In this document: in pieces, positions 51,105-63,882 of the stretch
How the letters are laid out: each line of letters opens with the position of its first letter
How positions within the stretch are numbered: position 1 is the stretch's first letter
NCBI GenBank assembly: GCA_021613535.1
Contig: CP075492.1
Location: 16,058,001 to 16,122,000 of the forward strand
Source: Adineta vaga
Taxonomy: Eukaryota; Animalia; Rotifera
Length of the DNA stretch: 64,000 nt
Direction of reading: 5' to 3'
The notes under the pieces: generated by a model
What the model was told of the DNA's origin: nothing
What the model saw: only the letters and a program-made list of their open reading frames with translations
Databases searched by the model: none
Made by a program: the position numbers and the translations under genes

Positions 51105-52472
51105 CTATTTTTTCACATTTTCAAAATTCTCATTCACATCTCGTTTCCAAGCATCAAGAAATATTTCTTTTAAATCCTTTTCAATTCGAAATGTCACTTC
51201 AGCTCCATCTCGATCTCTTGGCAACCATTGACCATTGTCTAAGATTGGATTAAGACGAAATGTTCTTAAATATAAAGCACCAGACCATGCTGTATAGAAT
51301 CGACATCGATCAGTAAAACCTAAATCAACTAAATTTGCCCAATCATATCGAAGATTTGAATTGACAACAACTTCATTTGAAAAAAGTCCTAAATCAACTA
51401 ATTTATCATTCTTCATATTTCTTCTCATAATTCCATCAGCAGTTGCAATCCATGTTTCAAGAAATTTCGGTTCACGAGATTTGTTAATAGATCGACGTAT
51501 TGTTGTTGCAATATTTGATAAAGAATATGGATCATCAAAATCATCTGATAACATCATTACTAATGCATTAGAAACTTGACCTTTCGGAGCGATTGTATCT
51601 GAAACACCACGATAATTGACAGTTGTATTTGTACGCATAATACGACGTTGATCATTATTCGAATAACAAAATCGATTCAATGTAGAAATAAGATACGCCG
51701 TTAATGCATCTTGAATAGTTAAATGATTTCCACCAGCTAATGTTTGTAATTTAGCGAGTTGTTCACCGGAAAAATGCAGATTAATTGGATCATATGTGAG
51801 TTGATCAGCAAGAAACGTTTTCATAGTTTCTTCTGTTGGTTTTGCATCACGTTGTTGTTTCATGAAAGCTAGAAATGATTCATCAGCTTCATCTTTTTGC
51901 CATAAACGTCGTTCGAAAACGGGTGGTAATGGTTCAAGTGATTTGTTTTGTTGATAAAAACAAGAAATTGTATTTAGAAAATGTAAAAATGCTGCAGCAT
52001 CACCTAAAACATGTGGCCAACTAACACCCAATATCCATTCATCACTTTGAACAAGATGAGTTAATTTTATTCGAACAAATGGTTCATTTTGTGTTTTATC
52101 AAATAATTTTTCTGCTTGAACTCCATCAATAAACGGTAGAAGTGGATTTTCCATCAATTCGACAACGACTTTCGAGTCCAGAGGCCATTTCTTCAATTCA
52201 TTATTCTTAACTAATGTAACAAGTATACCATTATCATCAGACATTTCAATAAAATAACGTTCAGTATCATCAATATGAATATGACCAGCAATCAATGGCC
52301 ATAATGAAAGTGTACGACTTAATGCTTGATTGAATTGATCAATACGTATTTCAGATGGATAAACAAATACATTATCGATACGTGCACTTTTCCAAAGATC
52401 AAAACCAGCAAGTTCAATACGACGATGATTACCCGTTGGTGTTGAAGGAAATATTAAAATCGATGAAGTCAT
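51105..52472 (-). CDS. BAHD/transferase-family CoA-dependent acyltransferase; HGT candidate
   Basis: 'ALSRTLSLWPLIAG', HxxxD 'HVLGD', 'VNYRG' and DFGWG-like 'VDLGF'. Intronless. Confidence 0.88.
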   Translation of the reverse strand: MTSSILIFPSTPTGNHRRIELAGFDLWKSARIDNVFVYPSEIRIDQFNQALSRTLSLWPLIAGHIHIDDTERYFIEMSDDNGILVTLVKNNELKKWPLDSKVVVELMENPLLPFIDGVQAEKLFDKTQNEPFVRIKLTHLVQSDEWILGVSWPHVLGDAAAFLHFLNTISCFYQQNKSLEPLPPVFERRLWQKDEADESFLAFMKQQRDAKPTEETMKTFLADQLTYDPINLHFSGEQLAKLQTLAGGNHLTIQDALTAYLISTLNRFCYSNNDQRRIMRTNTTVNYRGVSDTIAPKGQVSNALVMMLSDDFDDPYSLSNIATTIRRSINKSREPKFLETWIATADGIMRRNMKNDKLVDLGLFSNEVVVNSNLRYDWANLVDLGFTDRCRFYTAWSGALYLRTFRLNPILDNGQWLPRDRDGAEVTFRIEKDLKEIFLDAWKRDVNENFENVKK

Positions 52473-53251
52473 TTGCTTACCTAGACCTAGATATTCACTT
52501 TAATTTCTATAAATATACAAAATATTTTTACTTCTTTTATATCAGAGGAGATTGTGTGAGTAATACTCTTTCGAAATAACACTTTATTCTCTTACTAAAC
52601 TGATAAAGAAAAAAGAACATTCTATTGTCATACTTTTAATGACAAAAAAATGTCCTAAATATCCACAAGATTAGTTGAAGGAGATATCATCCAATGCAGA
52701 AAATGTTTTCGAGAGGGCGCTGTGTTCTAAAACTGAAAAATAATGATAATACGATTGATCTTGGACAGATAAATATTTTTAAATTTCTATTTTCTTTCGA
52801 GTGTGAGGATCACGAATGTCTCTTGTTTATTCATAGTCTTATTCGCACCCACAACCTTTTAGTATTTAATAAAGAGTTGTGTATCGTAAGAATCTGATTG
52901 CTTCAAACTTCTATTTCTTTTCTCTTCACTCGTTCTTCAAATTGATTTCTTTATTTATCGATAACAACTATGTTCGGAATGAACGGAAAAGAAAGCTAAT
53001 TAGTTTCAAGCACGCACCTTCGTCAGACCCATAATTGCTAGCAGTCATATACTGAGTTACCAATGATTTTGTATAACGTTTCCAATAATTATGAGGAAGC
53101 TTGAGCGACAAAAGCGAAGAAAATTTATTTGTATATTAATGTTGTAGCAACGAATGTCACTATAAAATCTATAGTCATATATTTGTAGTCATACAATAAC
53201 TAAATCAGCAAAGAAAACGAGAATAAATTTTATTTTTTGTAATAATCAACT

Positions 53252-53848
53252 ATGGGTCGAAACTCACCAGATACTCCAAGTCAAATATTAGGTTTTGTAG
53301 CATTCGCCTTCGGACTTATTGCATTGCTACTTGTCTGCATTGGAATTGGTACACAATATTGGTATGCTACTGGGAATACATCGTATATAACTACATCGGC
53401 GAATTTCTTCTCGCTGTGCACGTACGACTCTACAAATGGAAACCGAATTAGTTGCACGTCACGTAGCGGAGATACTCATCCTTTCTGTACACTTGCTTAC
53501 AGTGGTACTACTGTGACAAGCAGTCTAAGTGACTGTAACAATCGACTACGGAATGCATCTGGCTTAGGTATTATCGGTATTATTTTGCTCCTTTTTGGTG
53601 TCGTGACTACACTTCTTATGGCAATTGGTTTATTAACTGTAGCATTTCTCAATTTTCTGCCGGGTATTTTGCTCTTTTTGGCTTGTCTCTTCATGCTGGC
53701 TGCATTAGCCGAAGGTTCACGTTATATGCCCTACAACAACTATTCAGCCAATCTCTATCAAACCGGTCATCTGTTCACAATGTTCGCCCTCTTTTTGAGT
53801 GCTGCTGCAGGTGGTCGTATTAGTTTCGCACGCAACAATCCAAGATAA
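53252..53848 (+). CDS. Claudin/PMP22-like four-TM protein
   Basis: Four TM helices, Trp after TM1, and 'NFFSLC...C' in the first extracellular loop. Confidence 0.75.
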   Translation: MGRNSPDTPSQILGFVAFAFGLIALLLVCIGIGTQYWYATGNTSYITTSANFFSLCTYDSTNGNRISCTSRSGDTHPFCTLAYSGTTVTSSLSDCNNRLRNASGLGIIGIILLLFGVVTTLLMAIGLLTVAFLNFLPGILLFLACLFMLAALAEGSRYMPYNNYSANLYQTGHLFTMFALFLSAAAGGRISFARNNPR

Positions 53849-54453
53849 ACACTTCAATAAAGTGAACTCTGTCTTTTGTTTTTCCCTCCAATATTCACTT
53901 TCATGTCATACTCTATCGCTTCCCTATATCGCACAATACCCTTTGTTTTCATCGTTGTAATATTTTTGTTTGCACATTCTTTTAAAAAATAAATTTAATT
54001 GAAAAACTTTCCAGTCCCTTTTTATACACTAAGCGAATACCCTTGGATCCTCATATACTGTGAAATTAAGAATTTAAGCGTGAATTTAACTGTAGGAAGA
54101 TGTTTAAAAAAGGTACTTGTTAAGTTTTGCTTGAGTCTTATCCATCAATGTCGTGACAAAATGCAAGAGAGTAACAGGTCATATTTACTTTGATTTTATC
54201 TTTTGAATCTAATAATTAAGAGTGACTTTATACTTGTTATAATTGTCAGTCGAAGAAGTTTTCTGCAATTATGATGAAGCATGGTGCTGGATAATCAATG
54301 TGGTTCAAAACAAATCTTTCAGTTCTACTCGGAATAGGAAAAAAACATATCTTATTTTAGTTTAATTCATTTTCATAATATCAATTATCTGGAACTATAA
54401 TTTTTTTGTATAACAAACCATCTCTTGCTGTGTTATCACCGGATGATAATGAA

Positions 54454-54509
54454 AAGGGTGTGGGTGTTACTTAGACTTTACCTCTTATCATCCACACCCA
54501 CACCTTCAA
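54454..54509. repeat. Telomere-repeat palindrome
   Basis: aagggtgtgggtgt ... tccacacccacaccttcaa. Confidence 0.7.
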
Positions 54510-54856
54510 TCTATTTATCTTTAATAATATAGATACTTTATTGAACTAAATATCAATAGAAAATAAACGAGAAAATTCAGTTTTTTTAAATTCTTTTGAA
54601 AAGAAAAGCAATTGTTAAAGAAATAGTTGATAGTTGAGAATACTCAAATCAATAATAATATCTCAAAATAATTTTTGACAATTACAAATGAAATTCAATC
54701 AATCAAGTACAGGAGAATTTTTGTAAAGTTTAAACAATGTATTTATCATTGAGTAAAAATATTCTTTACGTTCAATTTCATCTTCATTAGAAAAAGACTC
54801 AAGAACCGTGCTAATGCTTTTTAAAATTGAATTCCACTTAAAACGTTCGTCACAAA

Positions 54857-54962
54857 ATCTTGAGAGTGTGTATTATTTTCTTATCGACGCCCACACCCAC
54901 ACCCTCAAGATGATGTGGATGCATTCTCTCTTCTCTACCCTTATCCACACTCACACTCTCAA
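54857..54962. repeat. Two adjacent telomere-repeat palindromes
   Basis: atcttgagagtgtg ... cacacccacaccctcaagat (54857-54911), then gatgtggat ... atccacactcacactctcaa. Confidence 0.75.
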
Positions 54963-55112
54963 ATTTACTTTTTCGGAATGTTAAATATTTTATTGAATAA
55001 GCAAAAAAGAATTATATGAAATGAAATTTGTAAATAAAATTTAATTGAGATTAGCTGCAGGATAATTATTTGGTTTCGTTCATAGAGTAATATTTAGTTT
55101 ATGTGCGATATT

Positions 55113-57418
55113 TTAGAGTTTCATAAACTTCTGAATGCGCGCATTACCGTAATCACCAACGTATAGATTCATTGCTGAATCGAAAACAAAAGTTCTTGGC
55201 ACATTTAATTGCGTTCTACTAATTCCAGCCGTGCCAGTACCAGCTATGGTGATTCCAGTTTGATTATTGTAACAAAATAGCTGAATTCTATGATTATTGC
55301 AGTCTGTAACGTAAAGATTCTGATAAGAATCAATTCTAACGGCCGCTGGCCTATTTAAGAGAGTAGAAGCGGTACCTGATGTTCCTGGTATACCAGCCAC
55401 AAAAACGCCTGAAGAAGCACCAGGTGTCCAACGAATTACCGAATGTCCGTTAGCATTTGCTATATATAAATCAGTACTTACAGACGGCAAATAATAGATG
55501 CCCCATGGCTCGTTCAAGTTTGTGTTCGTATTTCCTGCTCCAGTTCCACCAGCCATTACAACTCCATTGTTACCTGATGTCGAATTCGATAGATAACGCA
55601 TAATGCGATTATTAGCAGAATCAGCAATATATATGTATGTTTCTGTAGAATCTAAAGCAAAATAGCGCGGAGCACTGAATTGGTTTAACGAAGATCCGGG
55701 TGATCCAGTTATACCAGCAATCGTTATACCACTTGTTGATCCACTAATATACTTTTGTATGCGATTATTGGTGTATTCACTTATATAAATATTTCCTTTT
55801 TTATCAACATAAACACCATTAGGATAATTCAACTGATTACTATTTGAACCAGCAGAATGATCAGTTCCAGCTACGATAGTTAAATTCACAAGATTGTTTG
55901 ATAATTTCCATACAACACTGTTGATTTCATCCGCAATATATAAATTATCATTTAAGTCAAAATGTAAGCCGCTCGCTGACGCTAATTTTGATGAATTGAG
56001 TATGGTGATGCCCGTTGTATTCCATCGTAAATATCCTCCTGCACCTATAAATGTCACAAATTTATCTTATCGATTATCTTGTATCCAAATGTCGATAGTA
56101 AATTTTGGACTACCATATGAACGTATCAAAAAATGAGATTTGATATTGAAATACACGTTTTGCTACATTTCGACTTTTCGCTCATCTACTACTTAACAGG
56201 TGGATCGTAACAAAAATATTACGTATACAAACACTTAGTGCTTCTTTTATATATTTCTCATAAAATATAGCATCTATGTGTAAACTCCAATTGGAATTAC
56301 ATGAATATTTAATATTGAAATAAAAGTTTTTGTAGAAAAAACTGAACTTTTTCTCTCATGCTGAGCAGATGAACTAAACAAGTAACTGTTTGCTAACTAG
56401 AATTTTCCGGACATCATTTTCCAAAGCATGATACTACTGAAAAACAAATTTCAAGATGCTTCTTAAAACTTGCATCACAAGTTGTCATATGAATTTTGTC
56501 AAACTAACCACTGAAAATATTTCATTTCAACAGTATTTTATTGTAATCAACTATCATTTCTTTTTACTTACATGGATTTTCTCGTGTAGTAGTACTTGTT
56601 GTTATAGTAGTTGTCGTACTGGTGGTGGTAGTTGTGGTACTAGTGGTGGTAGATGTCGTACTGGTGGTGGTAGTTGTTGTACTGGTTGTCATAGCTAAAA
56701 TAGCATGAACATGTTTAGATATTTTTCTAAAAAAGGAATAAAAGTTTATTCTATTCGATAGATTTTAAGTAATTTTTTTCATTTAAATTAATCTTATTAA
56801 TGTAAGTTATAGAAAATATCTTTGAAATAGATACGAAGAATATGAATATGTAACAAATAAATATATGTACAACTTTTGGAAGATATGGTTGTCAGATCGA
56901 GAACAGAACATTACCTGGAAAATATGTTTTTCATCCTTTTTATATCCTCAACTTCATTATAATGATTTGCTCTTCTCGTTTTAACACACTTCTGATAATT
57001 TTTTGCTAATATATTGAAGTGGATGTAAAGATGTAAATTAAAACATTGAGATTTTGATGGATATATACCTTCAGAAATATCTTTACTTACGAGCAGACAA
57101 TTGTCTATTATCGATAGCAATCATGGTGACGACATTTGGTTCTGATATGAGATCACCATATTGACTTGGAATATCAGGAAACAGCCTACATTGATTATTG
57201 GATTGATCAAAAGTTACTGTGCGACATTGTGGATTAAATAAACAAGCAACTTCACAGTCTCTCAGACTCGATACAGGAGCGATAGTCGATGGTGAACAGC
57301 CAGGATTATTACATTGATATTTAATACTGTTAACTTGAGATAATATGAGTGATCGTATGTCTTGAGCGGCAGATTGTTTAATAATTACGATTACAAGCAA
57401 CAGTTTAATGTTTTTCAT
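55113..57418 (-). CDS. Secreted PAN/Apple + Thr-rich linker + NHL-repeat protein (3 exons)
   Basis: Exon 1 has a signal peptide and PAN/Apple domain ('CEVACLFNPQCRTVTF...CRLF'). Exon 2 (~56570-56693) is Thr/Pro-rich. Exon 3 (56044-55113) holds the NHL repeats. Confidence 0.85.
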
Positions 57419-59409
57419 CTCGAGATGAGATTCTTGAAAATGAAAAAAGAAAACTTATTGTCGAAGAGCAGAAAACAAAATGACTTGCAGAAAAGAAAGT
57501 AACATCTAGCAAATGGTTTCTTTAATTTTATTCCACAGTCATAACCAACATACGCATAATATGTTGCAGTCAATTTCAAAATTATATCACATACTTTGTG
57601 TTGACAATAAAAAAAAGTAAACAAGTCTGTGTATTCTCTCAAAAGAAAACTAGTTTTAGTGATATATATTCATCCAGATTTTTTATTGTAAATCATCGAA
57701 ATAGTTTAACAAAAAGATAATAAACAATAAGAATAGTATTTTCCAAAAAGTTAATTTACGGGAAAGGTGTTTTCCTTAATTCGAAACACACATACTACAG
57801 ATGTTTTCTCATATTTCAAGTTTTTCAAAAAATAAGAATACATGACGTCAACAACTTTAATTACGCTTTAGCACAGAAAAACGACTGGAAGAAAAAAACA
57901 TCACAATCTTCTATTTGAATATTATAACAAAAATCTACATCATCAAACTAAAACATAGTTCCAGTCCTAATATAATTATATAAACAAAAAAGTTTATCCG
58001 TAAAAAAAAGAATTGCTTTTCATATTTTTCTTGTATACAAATTTTAAAAGTAGCATGTCAATGAATATTTTTTTTTGCTGAATCTATTTATGAATAATTA
58101 TTAGAAATATCACTATACTCTGGAAAATTTTATTGAACTCTGCATGTTTTAATTGTATATGAAAAACAAATCATTAAAAACCTTTAAAACCAAACTTTTA
58201 GGTTATTCTTGAAAAGTTATAATGTAAAAGCTGTGTTTCTCTGTTAGTTTCTAAGTAATATATAGAAGAAAATAAAAACTCCAGAATTCAGAGGGTATTT
58301 CCATGGATATCGAAGCACGAAAATACCAGAAAATATTTTCATGTATTATAATTTGTAGAATTTCTTTTGCATTGATTATTTTGATAAAAAATTCCTACTT
58401 TCACTAACAGATGATGATGATAGAGTCAAAATACTGAAGAACGTGAAATGAATTGAATAGAAAAAAACTACACATGCTATTATCGTATGATACAAATATG
58501 ATATTGAATATTTTGAAATATTTAAATAAGATATGGAACAATAAATCGAATTCCAGTAAATAAATCAGTAAATATACTTAAAAATCTTGTTAATAGTACA
58601 AGTATATTACTTATACATGATTCAATAAACATTTCATAAGCTATTTTTTCAATTGTATCATTGATATTAAATCGTTTAATTGAATAATTTCGATAATAGG
58701 TAGTAAAACTTATGCATTTCGAACATCAGTAATACAATTTACAGAATATGCTACGCGTTATAATAAACGACCACTTACTAAAAATTTACTATGCTCAAGT
58801 TACTGAGTGAGAAATCTCTATAGTTTCGCCTGGTAAATTCTCTTTTCACCTACACTAGATATACCTTTTAATGCAAACGAAGTCGGGCAATAAAATTTAC
58901 AACTATGTACAAAAAGAATATTAAAATGAACCTGTGTGGACATAACCAATCCATGGAGCAACACATCATGAAACAATCAATTTCAATCGAACAAAATGTT
59001 CAACTAAAACAAACTATTCGTTTTCGAAAGTGAGAATCATTTGTAGTAAAATGTGTCATGTGACAATCAGGTTTTTTCGTTGGAATATAGTATGAATTTA
59101 TTGACAAAATCAATTTATTAAATATTTGGAACATATTCTTCTAATTTGATTCGTATAATACGATATGTATTATTTCCATAAATAATTTTATCCTTTCGTT
59201 AACCTATAACTCGAAAAATAACAAAAGAAAAAAATGAGCACTTCAGCTTCCGATGGAATAAAACTGATATTGCTGACGTCAATACTTGATCCATACTTTT
59301 TACTGTATAAATACAAATTACCGGTGTATATTTGTTCCACAATAACTAGTGAAAGTGCAATAATATTGATGATTAATCAGAATCGCAGCAAATATATGTT
59401 GACCAAAAC

Positions 59410-59470
59410 CTTGAGGATGTGAGTGTGGGTTTGTTTCTTGATTATTACACACCCTCATCACCCCACAACT
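59410..59470. repeat. Telomere-repeat palindrome
   Basis: cttgaggatgtgagtgtgggt ... acacaccctcatcaccccaca. Confidence 0.65.
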
Positions 59471-59823
59471 TCATTAATCTCACCTTCTATTTCCCCATTT
59501 CAAACTAAAACATATTATAAAACATCATATTCCAAAAACTATTTTAACTTCTGAAATTTTCTGGAATTTCTAGAGTGGACTTATTTTCTGTATTTTCTTG
59601 ATTTCTAGGACCGTTTTATCAAAGTCTTTGGCTCTGACTGATGATGTTTATCAGATTTTCTTTATTTTTTCTATTTCCTTGATTCATAACACTATATTTT
59701 CTCAAAGTTGTAGGAGCTCTGACTTATGGCGTTGATTAGATTTGCATGATGTGCTGGAAATTTCGAAAGTACAGACCGTGAGTATATCTCTTTTCGACAT
59801 CCGTATTGTCACAACAAGTCAAA

Positions 59824-61896
59824 ATGGTTTCTCAAGAGCAAGCTACGCAGACAAAGCTAAATTATCATCAAAATAGAAAATTTTGTGGTTTACCAGTTCA
59901 AAATATTTTGCAGTTTATTTCTTCTTTAATTCTACCACTCATGCTGAGGATCTTCACCGTTGTTATTACTCTGCATCAAGGAAATATAACGATGAAACAA
60001 CGTGTAGAAGATCGTGCAGTAGCCCGTGAACAAAGATTGGAAGATCGAAACGAGTCTCAACTGTAGCGTGCACAGGAACTATATGTTTTAACGATGCAAT
60101 ATGAAACTGACAGAAATATGAGTAATGATCGATATAAAGACGAAGTACTTTTAACTTACTTCAAGGGCATGGGCGAGTTGTTAGAAAGATACAACGGCTC
60201 GCTCACATCGAATCCAATCATAGGAACAATAGCACGAGTTAAGACGCTCAATGCTATTCGACAACTTGATGGAGCGCGTAATGTGCATATCATTCGTTTT
60301 CTTTACGAATCTGATCAACTAACTGTGGGAGATGAATCTCTTGCTCTAGATATCTCGACAGCGAAACTAGTCGATGTAGATTTTAGTGCTTTAACTATTA
60401 AGTATGAACTGGCGAACGTGTTACTGGCTGGTATCACTTTTGAAGATTGCCTATTCGGGGGCATGACGTTAGATAGTGCTTTCTTTCAGGTGTACGGTGT
60501 TGAATTTTATGAAAGCATTTTTATTAACGTCAGCTTTATGACTACGGAGTTTGAAGAGATGAGTTTTTATTGTACTTCCCTTCATGTCGTTGAATTTCAT
60601 CAAGCCGTATTAATATCCGTCGATTTTTCAAACGATGATTTCGAGGATGTTGACTTTTCATCGTCTGCTTTCTCCGATGTCGATTTCTCATCCACTGATT
60701 TATCTGATGTCGACTTTTCTTCGACTACTGTTCTTTTCGTTCAATTTCATCAAGCATTACTCAGTACCATTGATTTTTCAATGAGTGAACTTTATCGTGT
60801 CAATTTTTCAAACGCTGATCTCGAAAATGTTGACTTTTCATCGACTGCTTTCTCCGATGTCGATTTTTCATCCACTGATTTATCCGATGTCGACTTTTCA
60901 CTATCTAAGTTCAAGAATGTCAACCTTTCTTATGCTAATATATGGGGCATTGATTTTTCATCCGCTGAACAGCTGTATGATATGAATTTTTCATTTGCTA
61001 TACTGCTCGGTATGGTTAATTTTGCATCTACTCGACTCGGTAAGATTATCACTAAGCTTTGTTTTCACTAATCAAGTCTATCTTTCAATTCTAATCTAAG
61101 ATTCAGTTACTTTTCACTACGCAATCATGCCTCAGACTAATTTTTCACACAGCAACTGCGAAATGGTCTACTTCGATCATGCTAATTTATCAATGTCTGT
61201 TTTTTCATATACAAACGCGCAGGGTGCTTCTTTCAAAAGTGCTGATTTAATCGACGTCAATTTCTCTTTCGCTAATTTACGCGAGGCTGATTTGACGAAT
61301 ACATCGATCACAGTGGGCCAACTACAAAGTGCACTATCAATTCGAGATGCTCGACTTCCCAATGGAACACTTGGTCGTGATTCAAGTTGGATCAAGAATG
61401 GACATGCTGATTGTAACATTTCTTTTCTCAACCATTGGCAACTGCAAAAAGGCAACATTGTGGCTGTGCCATTCAATGCAAATGCAAGTAACTGCTATTT
61501 TGCTTCATATTCCAATGTACTCGATAGTACTATGTCTCAAACGATCGATCTTGCATCTTTTTGGATTGCGAATTTTTGGAAACACTCTCGAGTCATATTA
61601 AGTGTTCATATGACAAAGGGGGTAACCATTCAGCTGAGTGGGATGAGTGACAAGAGAAAAGTTGTTGGTCAGCATATCTTAAGTAGGTGCAAATACGGTA
61701 AACATCAATTTCATATATTTTTCATTTAGATTCGACACACAGTAATGTCACCATGGTATTGAAAAACAAAATGAAAAAACTTGAAGTTCTTGTCAAGTTC
61801 AGTCCATCGACCGACAGAAATATGACGGAGAACAGTTGGTGTGACGATATTGAACTCTTTTTCGACTACGATACGAAAAAATCGATGATTGAGTGA
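59824..61896 (+). pseudogene. Pentapeptide-repeat membrane protein with one in-frame TAG (60064-60066); introns 61041-61100 and ~61683-61729; HGT candidate
   Basis: N-terminal TM helix and coiled coil, 'ARVKTLNAIRQLD..IIRFLYES', long acidic pentapeptide repeats and 'ARLPNGT'. Frames are continuous across the TAG. Confidence 0.8.
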
Positions 61897-62320
61897 ACTA
61901 AAGTATTTGTTGATGATCGCTTGTATATTTCATTGCTTCATTCACTTTATTTCTTCGTCTTTTACCTTCGGGTGTTAGAGCTTTTTGTTTGTCCGTTGTT
62001 TCGTTTTCAATGTGTTTTGCTTATGTGGCTTTGCTCTGGGTGAGTAGACGTGCGATGTAAGTGTGAGTGCTTCGCTTGGATGTTGCTGTATGCTTCTTTT
62101 TTTCCATCATCCCCATCCAGTTAGCTTTCACAATGATCAATCTATTCATATTTTGATTTTTTTTTCATACAACTTTCATCATCAATTATGGCTCAATTAA
62201 TTATTTCTTTTGAATACACTACAAAAAGGTCAGAATCTTGACGCCGTTTTATAAACACAATGAGAACTGGCGAACAGACTTTTGCGTATTATCATTGAAT
62301 TCTCAATCAAGTTCGAGTCA

Positions 62321-62354
62321 GAGGGTGGGTATTCACTTCTTCTTCACCCACTCA
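62321..62354. repeat. Minimal telomere-repeat palindrome
   Basis: gagggtgggt ... tcacccactcaa. Confidence 0.45.
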
Positions 62355-63850
62355 AATCCATCAAAAACAGCTGTTAGCGCAATCCCTACAAGATTAAAAA
62401 TGCGAAACACAATGTCGCTGCAGTGTCTGATATAAAACAGAAATATCATCATCAGCTGAGTTGTCAAATCAATAAAAATCTACTCTGAAAGAAAAAAAAG
62501 GAGTCTTCCGCAACTTTTTATGGTTCTGCATCATTCACAGGACCAGAAAAAGTTCTGTCTGTCATATGACGAACCGTTCCACCCGCTCGATTCGACTAAT
62601 TCATGTGTTTTACGGAGCGAGGCAAACGGTTCATTTTCAGAGTTCAAGATAATAATTTGTATTTTGGATTCGGTTCGAAACAAAACGTATATAGGAAATA
62701 AAGCAGAATCGATGTTGCATGTATTTTACATGGAATGATGGACTACTAAATGAAATGTTTCCCAAAAAGGAGAATTTAGAGTCCTCAAAGAAGCTAGCCC
62801 ACTAAATTACACCTGCAATACTTACCTAAACGAATATGGTCCCAACTTCACCTACGTCGCTGATTCCGAATCTGATATTGGTTTTGAGTCAAACGTATTT
62901 TCCTAGTGAAACAATACTTGGAAAAGGTCTCACAATGCGCAAAAACTGTATTTTATTACCAAATTGCCTAAATACGTCTTATATGACCTTTAGTTTGGGA
63001 GTTTGCCAAATGCTTGGTTTTGTAGCTAGTCAGAAGGACTATCATAATCTCTTATATTAATATTTAAAATAAATTTACATAGACTTCGATTATGATACGT
63101 TTGTTGATGCTATAATGGAAAAATATTAGTAAACATCAGTTTTTTCATGTTTTACATCAACTACCATCCAATGTTATTTCGATAAGATTTCGGGCTCTAA
63201 ACAGTAGTTGGCACAGATACAGATTGATAAGTACGACATAGTTTTGATTGAAGAAGATGGAATCAATTCTTTCTCACATTGAAAGATCCAGGTATCAGAA
63301 GGCTCGATACATGCCAAGATCGCTCTGACGAAAATGTTTGAAGAACGCATCAGAAGTATCATCTGAATTATTTGACAAGTTCAAAAAATGAGGGTTTTAA
63401 TTACTATATTCTTAATGAAATATCTGTGGTGCTAAAGACTTTTATTTTTGACTCGATAGACACTGATATTGCATCATTCCTCGACTTTTAAACCAAACTT
63501 TTTTTCTAAAACATCTTTTGAGTCGAAATAATCGAAGCAAGAAAAAACACGGTAGAAATCCTTGTAAATTTTCCATGATGTACCTCAATAGAAAATGTAG
63601 GAACTCTTATTAGGTGATGGGTCTATAGTAAGTGCATCAGTGACTAATTTGTTTCGCATTCTAGCGACGCGAAGCAGGAAAAATATTAAATAGATATTTG
63701 GATTGTGCTATTTGTGAAATCTGTACTATGCTGAATTTCTTATTCAAATGACTATACCGTATTTTCAATAGAAATAAATTAGCTAAAAACAATAACCAAC
63801 CGAAACCGAACCGTGCCCAACTCTGCTCTGTACACATTCATGATGCTCCT

Positions 63851-63882
63851 ACCCCGCTGCACCCTCCTCGCACCCTCAAGAT
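63851..63882. repeat. Right arm of the palindrome family
   Basis: accccgctgcaccctcctcgcaccctcaagat. Confidence 0.5.

Noticed and set aside
62440-63480. Possible decayed transposon sequence
   Set aside because: No TIR pair or diagnostic transposase motif could be read.
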